The notes under the pieces are model-generated. The model was not told the origin of the DNA. It ran no database searches and saw only the letters and a list, made by a program, of their open reading frames with translations. From positions 1-41,555 of the IMG/VR virus record IMGVR_UViG_3300020382_000151: a DNA stretch of 41,555 nt; one strand, 5' to 3'. Source of the stretch: a virus (Duplodnaviria; Caudoviricetes). This document shows, piece by piece, positions 30,857 through 40,227 of this stretch. Each line of letters starts with the position of its first letter. The stretch's first letter is position 1. Position numbers and translations under genes: made by a program.

Positions 30857-31722
30857 GATTGATCAAACGTAATTGGAATTTCGTATTCCGCTTCTGCGCC
30901 TGCTTCAATATCTTCTTCTGACGATCTGACTTTCATAGGCTCAATAGCAAACTTTATACGCTGCGCATCTAAGTGTGCAGTAATCGCATTAAAGAATTCC
31001 TTATCTACATTATCAATAAATTCCTCAATATGTACTCTGTTAGTTACGACATTGTCGCCTACAGTTATTGATCCTATACTATTACATAACATAGATATTG
31101 TTAAGTTGGTTAACTTTTTGAAACTAACGTTAAATCTTTCTAACTTAGTAGTATCGTCTAAGTCATCGTCATTTACCATTGTAAATATGCGCTGCTCTTC
31201 AAAAGTTTTTAAATTAGTATCTGTAAATTCTTTATAAGATAGTGGTTTCATTTTTAATACAATATCACCAACTACTAGATTGTCATCAAATTCTGGAGTT
31301 ACTAGTTTATTTAATACTTGCCTTAGGTCTACATCGAACTTTCTTTCTTCGCCTGTACCTGGAACTTTAGTTGTTATTTCTAAAGTTTCGCCATAGGTTG
31401 CAATCCTAACAGCAACCAGTAACGCATCTAAGTCTACACTAGGCATATGCCACGGGTTAGTAATAGCTGGTATACAACTTTTAATAATATCTACTGTTGC
31501 TTGTCCGTTTAGTAGTGCATCTGGTGTTTTAATTAACAGTTCGTCTTTTGCAGTCATTGCAAACACTGGCAGTTCATTTGTTTCTGGCATATTTAATATA
31601 CCATCGGCGTAGTATCGCCCACGTGATGGCAATGTTACAAACACTTTTGCTTGTCTAAAATATTTTCTTAAAGGGTTTTGCTCGATGTTACTATTAAACT
31701 CTGCAGGATTGAATTCAGTCAT
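30841..31722 (-). CDS. gp26: Baseplate hub assembly protein / tail assembly chaperone, T4 gp26-like
   Basis: VTLPSRGRYY...MTAKDELLIK...IIKSCIP...DLDALLVAVRIATYGE, and C-terminal IPITFDQSNFF, match the gp26-family pattern; GGAG RBS. Confidence 0.75.
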   Translation of the reverse strand: MTEFNPAEFNSNIEQNPLRKYFRQAKVFVTLPSRGRYYADGILNMPETNELPVFAMTAKDELLIKTPDALLNGQATVDIIKSCIPAITNPWHMPSVDLDALLVAVRIATYGETLEITTKVPGTGEERKFDVDLRQVLNKLVTPEFDDNLVVGDIVLKMKPLSYKEFTDTNLKTFEEQRIFTMVNDDDLDDTTKLERFNVSFKKLTNLTISMLCNSIGSITVGDNVVTNRVHIEEFIDNVDKEFFNAITAHLDAQRIKFAIEPMKVRSSEEDIEAGAEAEYEIPITFDQSNFFV

Positions 31723-31733
31723 TTGTTACTCCG

Positions 31734-31773
31734 TATAAATACAATGTGTACTAGTATGTATCTCATATATTTA
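31734..31773. promoter_or_regulatory. Face-to-face late promoters: TATAAATA (+, 31734-31741) and TAAATA (-, 31768-31773)
   Basis: Both elements lie in the 79-bp gap between the divergent gp26-like and tape measure genes. Confidence 0.65.
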
Positions 31774-31801
31774 TGTGCGCATATAACTCAAGGATTTTAA
31801 T

Positions 31802-34738
31802 GTGGCTGAACAAGTAGAAGTTGGTAATATAGGCGGCGAAGGTGTAGCTAGTGAAGTTACGCTTACATCCTTGTTGGCTGTCACAACTGCAATGGCTAAG
31901 AAGGCTGGCATTGATCCTAAAGACGTAAACAAGAAGCTTAAAGCATTAAGTCAAGCTACCGAGGACACTGTAAAGATAAGCAGTAAAAATAGAGACTCGA
32001 TAAAGAAAAATACTAAAGCAATTGACAATTCGACTTCCGCAGTTAATAAGTTTGGCCGAAGTTTGGCAGGAACACTAGCTAGTGCGTTTGGAGCATTAGC
32101 AGGAAGTGCTGTTGGATTAACAAAAACACTATTAAACGGGCAAAATCAATTAAGAGACTTTGCTCAACATATGCCAATAGTTGGCGAGCATCTGGGTGAT
32201 TTAGTTGGCGTACTCGACGATAGTTTTGATACATTTAAAGGGTTAGCATCAACTGGTGCAGCATTTAATAATAGTATTACTGATATGAGAATAGCAGCGG
32301 CAGGAACTCACTTACAACTAGGCGTGTTTGCTGAGATGGTATCGCAAAATTCTAGTAAGTTAGCAGCTTTCGGCGGAACTGCAACACAAGGTGCTATGCA
32401 GTTATCTAAAATGCATAAACAAATGGGTGCCCAGCGTCTAGAACTTATGAATGCAGGACTAACTCAATTAGAAGTTAACGAAGCATTGATTGAATATAAC
32501 CATCTTACTAGAGCAGGTTCTAGACAGCGCAGGATGGACGACAAAGGGTTAAAAGAGCAATCAAATGCAGCAGCAAGTTATACTAAACATTTATTAACAC
32601 TTGCTAAACTTACTGGTGAAGATGTTAAAAGTCTACAAGAAAAAAATGCAGCAGCATCACAATCATTAGCTTTCCAGATGAAAATGGCCACAATGGAAGA
32701 AGACGAAAAGAAAAAGCTGATGGTGAATCTTGCAACTATTCAAGCTAATGGCGGAACAGCAGCAGTACAAGCGTTCCAGGCAGAATTTTTAGGCATGCCA
32801 CCTTTGACACAAGCTGCACAAAATTATGTTGCACTTAATACAGAAGGTTATAATTTAATTAAAGCAAGCATCGATGATGTGTACAACCAAAGTCTTACCA
32901 CTAAAGCAAACGAAGCAAAACAAGCATCGCTTGGCGTCGGTCTTATGCAGACCAATCATGACATGGCGGTAAATTTAGGCACTCAAGTAGCAGCAATGGG
33001 CGCAGGCATGGATGGCATTGCTGGACTTGATATGCAAAGTCTGTTAACCGACCAAGCTACTAACATTGCAGGCTACACTACTGAAGCAGGAGAGTTTAAC
33101 AGAGCAGCCGCCTTAGCAAACTATACTCAAGCTACAGCAGAAACATTAGCGCAAACGTCAGTTGTTGATTCATTAAATGTCCTCAAAATAACTGTTGGCG
33201 AGATTCAAGCAGAACTGGAAACAAACGTTAAATCGCCACTAATACTAGCTTCAGGTGATGCAGTTGCTGCTATTACTGCTCAAATTTCAAAAATACCAGA
33301 TACTGCTTTATTTAAAACAGCTATGTCGACAGCTAAAACACAAATTGAAAGCTTTGGCGCAGCAATGGGTACTTTAATAAACTCCTTGGAGCAAGCCGGG
33401 TCCGATCCATTAGCATTAACTAAGACTGCATTCCAGACTGGCGCAAAGGCTATTATGGACGGCATGAAAGACTTAATGTTAGGTCAAGTGATTACAAGTG
33501 GTCCACAGACTGGACAACGTGAAGGCGGATTAATGGAATCTACGTTTGCACCGATATTTAAAAGTGCAGGCACTACAATAATTAATGGACTTAAATCTCT
33601 CTTTACAGATAATCCACTAGTAGTAGCAGGCGTAGTTGTTGCAATCGCTGGATTGTTTGCGTTACCAGCACTTGGTGCTGCACTTGTCGCAGGCATTGGT
33701 TCTATGTTCGGCGGAGCCGCAATAGCTTCGGCTATGAAAAATGGAATCGGAGGAATGTTTGGCAAAGCTACACCAAGTGCTGGAACAAATAGAGACCCAA
33801 GAACTGGCAGATATACCAGCCAAGCTAATGGCGCAGGAGGAACAGCCGGCAAACTTGGAAGGGGCTTATTGCGCAGAGCTCCTGGTATTGGTCTAGCACT
33901 AGGCGCATATGATATTGGCAGCACTTTGATGGACGACAATCTTTCTGGTAGTGAAAAACAGCAAGCAGTTGTAGAAACAGGCGGCGGCATGGGTGGTGCA
34001 GTAGCTGGAGCTTATGGAGGAGCAGCAGCAGGCGCATTACTAGGATCAGTTGTTCCTTTATTAGGAACTGCAATCGGCGGCGCACTTGGCGGAGTAATAG
34101 GCGGAGCAGCAGGCTGGTGGGCAGGATCAACAGCAGCAGGAGCAGCAAACAAAGCACTAACTGCTACCAACGTCACAGCGACATCGGCCCCACCTGCTGG
34201 AGCATCTATTGCAACACAGCTAACAGAAGCACAAGTAGCACTAATGGAAAGAGTTTCTGCTATAGATTTTAAAGACTTTACTTCAGGTGTTGCTAGATTA
34301 AATACTAATAAGCTATCAAATATTGCAGATTTAGACTTTTCAAGCTTTGCAACTGGATTAAAGACATTTGCTGAAATACCAAACTTAAAAACACAGTTTG
34401 ATACTGTAAATTCACTTGACGCGACAGCAGTTATAAGTTATACTAGTGCTATGGAAGAATTAGTAGAAGTACTTGGAAAAGTAAACGAAGTGTTAGCTGA
34501 AGACAATTCTGGATTATTTGGCGGCGGCACTGGAAAAGCAGCAGCTGATTTGCTAGGAAGCATCGGCTCGTCCACGTCTGGTAGTGCAGCGACTATGCAA
34601 CAGTTAAATACTACTATGCAAATTATAGCAACAACTTTATCTCGAATGGAAATTTTAGACGGTGCAGTTGTAAAGAATACTAATAGAATATCAGGAAGCA
34701 ATATTGCTATAGGCGGCGTGAGTAATCTGCCACAGTAA
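31802..34738 (+). CDS. Tail tape measure protein (978 aa; GTG start)
   Basis: Ala/Gly-rich helical protein with a hydrophobic segment (PLVVAGVVVAIAGLFALPALGAALVAGIG) and a long glycine zipper; adjacent to the chaperone pair; AAGGA RBS. Confidence 0.78.
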   Translation: MAEQVEVGNIGGEGVASEVTLTSLLAVTTAMAKKAGIDPKDVNKKLKALSQATEDTVKISSKNRDSIKKNTKAIDNSTSAVNKFGRSLAGTLASAFGALAGSAVGLTKTLLNGQNQLRDFAQHMPIVGEHLGDLVGVLDDSFDTFKGLASTGAAFNNSITDMRIAAAGTHLQLGVFAEMVSQNSSKLAAFGGTATQGAMQLSKMHKQMGAQRLELMNAGLTQLEVNEALIEYNHLTRAGSRQRRMDDKGLKEQSNAAASYTKHLLTLAKLTGEDVKSLQEKNAAASQSLAFQMKMATMEEDEKKKLMVNLATIQANGGTAAVQAFQAEFLGMPPLTQAAQNYVALNTEGYNLIKASIDDVYNQSLTTKANEAKQASLGVGLMQTNHDMAVNLGTQVAAMGAGMDGIAGLDMQSLLTDQATNIAGYTTEAGEFNRAAALANYTQATAETLAQTSVVDSLNVLKITVGEIQAELETNVKSPLILASGDAVAAITAQISKIPDTALFKTAMSTAKTQIESFGAAMGTLINSLEQAGSDPLALTKTAFQTGAKAIMDGMKDLMLGQVITSGPQTGQREGGLMESTFAPIFKSAGTTIINGLKSLFTDNPLVVAGVVVAIAGLFALPALGAALVAGIGSMFGGAAIASAMKNGIGGMFGKATPSAGTNRDPRTGRYTSQANGAGGTAGKLGRGLLRRAPGIGLALGAYDIGSTLMDDNLSGSEKQQAVVETGGGMGGAVAGAYGGAAAGALLGSVVPLLGTAIGGALGGVIGGAAGWWAGSTAAGAANKALTATNVTATSAPPAGASIATQLTEAQVALMERVSAIDFKDFTSGVARLNTNKLSNIADLDFSSFATGLKTFAEIPNLKTQFDTVNSLDATAVISYTSAMEELVEVLGKVNEVLAEDNSGLFGGGTGKAAADLLGSIGSSTSGSAATMQQLNTTMQIIATTLSRMEILDGAVVKNTNRISGSNIAIGGVSNLPQ

Positions 34739-34751
34739 TTAGGAGCATTAA

Positions 34752-36497
34752 ATGAGTTGGAAGAAACATTTTACACCAGTAGCAACAGGTGATAATCAAA
34801 GCGGTAGTTATAGTCCGTTTACGAGCAAAGGCAGTGGAAACATGGCCGGACCTGCTCGTTCCAACTATAGCTCATACTTACCAGATGTGTATGTAGGTTC
34901 GCCAAATCGTGTTGAACGCTACGGCCAATATAATACAATGGACCAAGACAGTGAAGTTAATGCTGCACTTGATATTCTTGCTGAATTTTGTACACAAAAG
35001 AATCAAGGAAACAGCACTCCGTTTATTGTTGATTATCGTAGTAAAGCTACTAATAGTGAAATTACTATTATCGGCCAGTACTTACAGCAGTGGAACAAAC
35101 TACAAAAGTTTGAAACAAAGATATTTAGAATACTGCGTAATGTATTTAAAATGGGAGATCAGTTTTTCCTAAGAGATCCAGAAACTAAAAAATGGTTTCA
35201 TGTCGATGCTGCAAATGTATCACGAATTATTGTTAATGAATCAGAAGGAAAGATTCCTGAACAGTATGTTATTAAGAATGTAAACTTTAATTTTAAAGAT
35301 GGCATAGCTACAACTCCAATGGATACAGCTGGTGGAGGCGGAAGCACAGTAACTCAAGCTCAACGTGTAGGTGGCGCCCGAGGAATGGTAGGCCAACCGC
35401 AATCAGCTATGGCTGGCTCACGCTTTTCAACAGCCGACGGAGAACTTACTGTTAGTGCAGAACATGTTGTGCATTTAAGTTTGTCAGAAGGTTTAGATAA
35501 TAACTATCCGTTTGGTAACAGTTTACTTGAAACTATCTTTAAAGTATACAAGCAAAAAGAATTATTAGAAGACGCAATTATTATATATCGTGTACAACGT
35601 GCTCCAGAGCGCAGAGTATTCTATGTTGATGTGGGCAACATGCCTTCACACCTTGCTATGCAGTTTGTGGAGCGTGTTAAGACGGAAATACACCAAAGAC
35701 GAATCCCATCGTCAACAGGGGGTGGTGCTAATGTCATAGACAGTTCATACAATCCTTTGTCAATCAACGAAGATTACTTCTTTCCACAAACTGCTGAAGG
35801 GCGTGGATCAAAAGTTGAAACATTGCCTGGCGGTACTAACCTTGGAGAAATTGATGACCTTAGATATTTTACTAATAAGCTCGTACGTGGTTTACGAATC
35901 CCTAGTAGCTACTTACCAACCGGGGCTGACGACAGTGCTGCTCAATACAATGATGGAAGAGTAGGCACAGCATACATCCAAGAGCTCCGCTTTAATACTT
36001 ACTGTGAACGTTTACAAAACTTAATAGTAGAACAATTTGACACAGAGTTTAAGCGTTACTTACTAGAAAAAGGAGTAAACATTGATACAGCAATGTTTGA
36101 TCTTAAATTTCAACCACCGCAGAACTTTGCAAGTTACAGACAAGCTGAAATTGATAATGCTCGTGTACCAACATATACACAAATGAGTGCTATTCCGTAT
36201 ATGTCAAATCGCTTCTCAATGAAACGCTTCTTAGGAATGAGTGATGAAGAGATTGCAGAGAACGAACGTATGTGGCGCGAAGAGAATGAAGAAAACTTAG
36301 AGCCTATTCCAGGCGATGCAAGTGCTGAAATGAGAGATGCAGGCATTAGCGGAGCAGGTATTGGCGCAGACTTAGGCGGAATAGAAGATGAAGCATTAGA
36401 TGACGAAGCTCCTATCAGCGGCGAAGATGGTGAAATGCCAGATACTGTCACAGGGCAAGAGTTAGGCCAAGGCGCATCAACTGAGCAAACGGTATAA
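34752..36497 (+). CDS. gp20: Portal protein, T4 gp20-like
   Basis: LLEDAIIIYRVQRAPERRVFYVDVGNMP, EDYFFP..EGRGSKVETLPGGTNLGEIDDLRYF, ELRF; AGGAG RBS. Confidence 0.96.
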   Translation: MSWKKHFTPVATGDNQSGSYSPFTSKGSGNMAGPARSNYSSYLPDVYVGSPNRVERYGQYNTMDQDSEVNAALDILAEFCTQKNQGNSTPFIVDYRSKATNSEITIIGQYLQQWNKLQKFETKIFRILRNVFKMGDQFFLRDPETKKWFHVDAANVSRIIVNESEGKIPEQYVIKNVNFNFKDGIATTPMDTAGGGGSTVTQAQRVGGARGMVGQPQSAMAGSRFSTADGELTVSAEHVVHLSLSEGLDNNYPFGNSLLETIFKVYKQKELLEDAIIIYRVQRAPERRVFYVDVGNMPSHLAMQFVERVKTEIHQRRIPSSTGGGANVIDSSYNPLSINEDYFFPQTAEGRGSKVETLPGGTNLGEIDDLRYFTNKLVRGLRIPSSYLPTGADDSAAQYNDGRVGTAYIQELRFNTYCERLQNLIVEQFDTEFKRYLLEKGVNIDTAMFDLKFQPPQNFASYRQAEIDNARVPTYTQMSAIPYMSNRFSMKRFLGMSDEEIAENERMWREENEENLEPIPGDASAEMRDAGISGAGIGADLGGIEDEALDDEAPISGEDGEMPDTVTGQELGQGASTEQTV

Positions 36498-36500
36498 ATA
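36493..36500 (+). promoter_or_regulatory. T4-type late promoter TATAAATA overlapping the portal stop, 4 nt before the next ATG
   Basis: Exact T4 late consensus. Confidence 0.75.
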
Positions 36501-36504
36501 CAAT

Positions 36505-36753
36505 ATGATATTAAGAGAATTATTTTACCACGATCCCGAAACTATTGAGTTTGTAGACGATAAACGCTACGAAGCTGAGTATGATGATTCTCCTTTAGAG
36601 AAAACAGATACACGCAAGACACGATTAACTCTAGGACAAATTAATAGAATCCGCAAAGCATCTGAGCTACATACAGAAGAGAAGCGTAAGGAACAAGAGT
36701 TCATTAAGCAAATGTATGGTATAGCAGCAAACGCAGAGGCAGGCGGAGTTTAA
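36505..36753 (+). CDS. Small hypothetical head-cluster protein (82 aa)
   Basis: ORF directly after the portal, behind a late promoter; MILRELF...DTRKTRLTLGQINRIRK...IKQMYG. Confidence 0.78.
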   Translation: MILRELFYHDPETIEFVDDKRYEAEYDDSPLEKTDTRKTRLTLGQINRIRKASELHTEEKRKEQEFIKQMYGIAANAEAGGV

Positions 36754-36756
36754 CTA

Positions 36757-37341
36757 TTGTCAAAGACTGCATTTGTACTAGGCAACGGCACAAGTCGTTC
36801 CAGTATTGAACTACCTCAACTAAAACCACACGGCACTATCTATGGATGTAATGCACTCTATAGAGAGTTTGAACCTGACCATTTAATTGCAGTTGATACT
36901 AAAATGATACTTGAAATTAATAACGCTGGGTATCAACATAGTCATAGTGTATGGACTAATCCTAATCGAGCATTTAGTCATTTCACTGGCTTCGATACTT
37001 TTAATCCAAGTAAAGGATGGAGCAGCGGTCCCACAGCACTATGGCTTGCTAGTACACACGATATTCACACTGTTTATATAATAGGGTTTGACTATCAGGG
37101 CATTGAACACAAGATAAATAATATATATGCAGACACTCCTAATTATAAAAAGAGTCACGATAGTGCAACATTTCACGGTAACTGGCTTAATCAAACTATG
37201 ATAACTTGTAAGAAATTTGATCAAAAGAGATATATAAGAGTGTTAGGAGATAATCCTTTTATTCCGAAAGAGTTTTCAAAAATTGATAACTTATCACACA
37301 TTACAATCGAAGAATTTAAAAATCTCTTCGATTTATCATAG
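36757..37341 (+). CDS. Maf/MptE-like (DUF115; sialyltransferase-like Rossmann fold) protein; TTG start
   Basis: AFVLGNGTSR, IYGCNALYR, PDHLIAVD, SSGPTALWLA and VYIIGFDY motifs; GGAG RBS. Confidence 0.7.
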   Translation: MSKTAFVLGNGTSRSSIELPQLKPHGTIYGCNALYREFEPDHLIAVDTKMILEINNAGYQHSHSVWTNPNRAFSHFTGFDTFNPSKGWSSGPTALWLASTHDIHTVYIIGFDYQGIEHKINNIYADTPNYKKSHDSATFHGNWLNQTMITCKKFDQKRYIRVLGDNPFIPKEFSKIDNLSHITIEEFKNLFDLS

Positions 37342-37397
37342 TATTCTCAAAACGACGCGTTTTGGGCCAGTTATGACCCCCTTTTACACATAATGAG

Positions 37398-37403
37398 TAA
37401 ATA
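37398..37403 (+). promoter_or_regulatory. Putative late promoter TAAATA for the prohead core-protease-scaffold-capsid operon
   Basis: GAGTAAATAT in the intergenic gap, ~60 nt upstream of the ATG at 37464. Confidence 0.62.
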
Positions 37404-37463
37404 TATTATGACAGCCCCACACCTCTGTGTGTGTGACACAAACATTTATAGGAGTTTATAAAA

Positions 37464-38462
37464 ATGGCAGATCTAAGTAAATTTGAAAAAATGCTAGAGC
37501 TACTTGTCAATGAAGACAAGGATGCAGCACAAGAATTATTCCACGAGATTGTAGTAGAGAAATCACGTACAATTTATGAGTCACTTCTAGAAGACGAAGA
37601 AGAAGTAGACGAAACTACAGACGAAGAAGTCGACGAAGCCACTGATGAAGAAGTTGATGAATCAGATGACGAAGACTTAGACGAAACTGATGACGAAGAC
37701 CTAGACGAAAACTTTAGCTTAGATACATTTGAAGTTGAAGCAGACGACGACATGGGCGGTGATCCAACAGACGATATGATGACTGACCTAGGCATGGACG
37801 ACGAAGGCGGAGAAGGCGACGACGATATGGGCGATGCAGAAGATGATGCAGACGTTGAAGATCGTGTAGAAGACTTAGAAGATGCATTAGACGACCTTAA
37901 AGCAGAATTTGAAAAAATGATGGCTGGTGACGACGATGGCGAAGACGATGGCGAAGAAGCTGACGACGATGCTGAAGGCGACATGGACATGGATGCTGAA
38001 GAAGAGCCAGAAGAAGAAGCAATGGCTTTTGAAGCAGCAGACGAAGAAGTTGAAGAGTCAGATGAAGAAGTTGAAGAAGCTGATGATGCAGAAAAAAGCG
38101 CAACTGAAACAATGCGTGAGTATGTAGAAAAAGTAACAGCTACAATGGGTGACAACGGTGTAAACGGTAAGTCAGCAGTAGCAAAGCCAAACAACATGGG
38201 CGGCACAAGTGCTAACATTGCAAAGAATGGCACAGCAAGTCATCCAGAAGCAGGTGCAGGTTCAACTGTACAAGGTTCAGCACTAAGCGATACATCTGCA
38301 AAAGATATGTCAACTGGTAATATTAACGTACCAGGCGGCAAAGCTGCAAAAGCACATAAAGGTGCTGGAGCAGGACACGGAGCTGAAAAGAAAGGTTCCA
38401 GCGAAACTGCTGACAAAGCCGCAGGAAGTACTTTAACTAAAGTATCAACTAGAGCCAAGTAA
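37464..38462 (+). CDS. Highly acidic prohead core protein (gp67/gp68-like position)
   Basis: Asp/Glu-rich with EEVDE repeats and many (L/V)-x-E protease sites; lies between portal and protease; AGGAG RBS. Confidence 0.72.
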   Translation: MADLSKFEKMLELLVNEDKDAAQELFHEIVVEKSRTIYESLLEDEEEVDETTDEEVDEATDEEVDESDDEDLDETDDEDLDENFSLDTFEVEADDDMGGDPTDDMMTDLGMDDEGGEGDDDMGDAEDDADVEDRVEDLEDALDDLKAEFEKMMAGDDDGEDDGEEADDDAEGDMDMDAEEEPEEEAMAFEAADEEVEESDEEVEEADDAEKSATETMREYVEKVTATMGDNGVNGKSAVAKPNNMGGTSANIAKNGTASHPEAGAGSTVQGSALSDTSAKDMSTGNINVPGGKAAKAHKGAGAGHGAEKKGSSETADKAAGSTLTKVSTRAK

Positions 38463-38481
38463 GCAAGATAAGGACTGATAG

Positions 38482-39105
38482 ATGAAAAACCTACGAGAGC
38501 ATTTGACATTCGACCAAGCTAATATAGTGCTTGAGAACGCCAACGATGGAAAAGACCTTTACTTAAAAGGTATTATGATCCAAGGTGGAGTTCGCAACGC
38601 TAATCAGCGAGTGTATCCTGTAAATGAAATAGGCAGGGCTGTCAAAACTCTCAATGATCAAATTACTGGAGGATACAGTGTTCTCGGAGAAGTTGATCAT
38701 CCGGAAGGACTTAATATAAACATTGACCGTGTAAGCCACATGATTACGGAAACGTGGATGGAAGCTGATAACGGTTACGGTAAGCTAAAAATACTACCAA
38801 CACCGATGGGAAACTTAGTTAAAACGATGCTTGAAGCAGGCGTTAAATTAGGTGTTTCATCGCGTGGAAGTGGCAATGTTAGCGAAGACGGAAGCGGTAA
38901 CGTTTCTGATTTTGAAATAATCACTGTGGACGTTGTGGCTCAGCCCAGCGCCCCCGGTGCGTACCCTACAGCAATTTATGAAACACTTATGAATGCTCGC
39001 GGAGGTATGAAGGCATATGAACTAGCACAGGCAACTAAGCACGATGTAAAGGCACAAAAGTATCTTAAGGACTCACTGATTAACATAATCAGTAAACTCC
39101 AATGA
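38482..39105 (+). CDS. gp21: Prohead protease, T4 gp21-like
   Basis: LYLKGI..Q..VRNANQRVYP, GEVDHP, ILPTPMG, LGVSSRGSG (catalytic Ser), DVVAQPSAPGA. Confidence 0.96.
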   Translation: MKNLREHLTFDQANIVLENANDGKDLYLKGIMIQGGVRNANQRVYPVNEIGRAVKTLNDQITGGYSVLGEVDHPEGLNINIDRVSHMITETWMEADNGYGKLKILPTPMGNLVKTMLEAGVKLGVSSRGSGNVSEDGSGNVSDFEIITVDVVAQPSAPGAYPTAIYETLMNARGGMKAYELAQATKHDVKAQKYLKDSLINIISKLQ

Positions 39106-39119
39106 AACAGGAGAACAAT

Positions 39120-40220
39120 ATGATAGATGCACTGAAAACACTCTTTGAAAACGATGTTGTATCAAATGATGTCAGGGCACAAATAGAAGAAGCTTGGGAG
39201 CAAAAGATTCAGGAAAACAAATTAGCGGCTACTGCTGATTTGCGTGAAGAATTTGCACAAAAGTATGAGCACGATAAGTCAACTATGGTTGAAGCTATCG
39301 ACTCAATGCTTTCTGAGCGACTTGCTGAAGAGATTGCAGAGTTTGCAGATGATCGCAAACAGCTCGCAGAAGCAAAAGCAAAATATGCTGTTGCAATGCG
39401 TGAAAATGCTAATCTACTGAAGGGTTTCGTTGCTGAGCAATTAGCTGGCGAGATTAAAGAACTACGAAAAGACAAGATAGCAATGGCAGAGCAACACGCC
39501 AAGCTTGAAGAGTTTATTGTAGACGCCCTATCAAATGAAATTGCAGAATTTTATGAAGATAAACAAGATTTAGCTGCTACTAAGGTAAAACTAGTACGTG
39601 AAGCTAAAACCCACTTCGCAAAAGTCAAAGCTGACTTTATCGAAAGAAGTACTACAGCAATATCTGAAATGGTAGGAACGTCACTAACACGTGAAATTAC
39701 TGCACTTAAAGAAGATATTGATACAGCACGAAGCAACGACTTCGGTCGTAAGATATTTGAAGCATTTGCAAATGAGTATACTACTTCGCACTTGAATGAA
39801 AATTCAGAAGTTGATAAACTTATGGGTGTACTAGCTGCTAAAGACAAGCAATTAGTTGAAGCCAAAGCATTCGCTACAAAAGCAAAGACTCTAGTAGAGT
39901 CAGTAAGTAAAGATAAGAATCGACTTATTGAATCTGCAAAGAGAGAGAAAATTATGACAAGCTTGATCCAACCTTTAGGAAAAGATCAACGCGAAATTAT
40001 GACAGATTTACTGGAATCGGTACAGACTGAAAAGCTTAATAAGCAATTCAATAGGTACTTACCATCAGTTATTGACGGAAATACTCCAGCAAAGCGTAAG
40101 GCAACACTTACAGAAGGCACAGAAGTAACAGGCAACCGAACCGAAACACCAAAAATGACAACTAAAGCAGACGATACTAATAATGTATTAGATATACGCC
40201 GTCTTGCTGGATTAAATTAA
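39120..40220 (+). CDS. gp22: Prohead scaffolding protein, T4 gp22-like (alternative start 39102)
   Basis: Coiled-coil Glu/Ala/Lys-rich protein between protease and capsid genes. AGGAG upstream favours the ATG at 39120. Confidence 0.85.
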   Translation: MIDALKTLFENDVVSNDVRAQIEEAWEQKIQENKLAATADLREEFAQKYEHDKSTMVEAIDSMLSERLAEEIAEFADDRKQLAEAKAKYAVAMRENANLLKGFVAEQLAGEIKELRKDKIAMAEQHAKLEEFIVDALSNEIAEFYEDKQDLAATKVKLVREAKTHFAKVKADFIERSTTAISEMVGTSLTREITALKEDIDTARSNDFGRKIFEAFANEYTTSHLNENSEVDKLMGVLAAKDKQLVEAKAFATKAKTLVESVSKDKNRLIESAKREKIMTSLIQPLGKDQREIMTDLLESVQTEKLNKQFNRYLPSVIDGNTPAKRKATLTEGTEVTGNRTETPKMTTKADDTNNVLDIRRLAGLN

Positions 40221-40227
40221 GGAGATT

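Noticed and set aside
37590-37710. Tandem GACGAAGAAGT-like repeats as a possible CRISPR or other array
   Set aside because: Degenerate in-frame repeats encoding acidic EEVDE units; no constant repeat with unique spacers.
37574-38233. 219-aa Ser-rich antisense ORF (likewise 33484-33990, 40752-41159, 17823-18299, 25912-26355 and other short opposite-strand ORFs)
   Set aside because: Shadow frames of strongly biased real genes; GAA/GAC/GAT codons read as Ser/Phe on the opposite strand.
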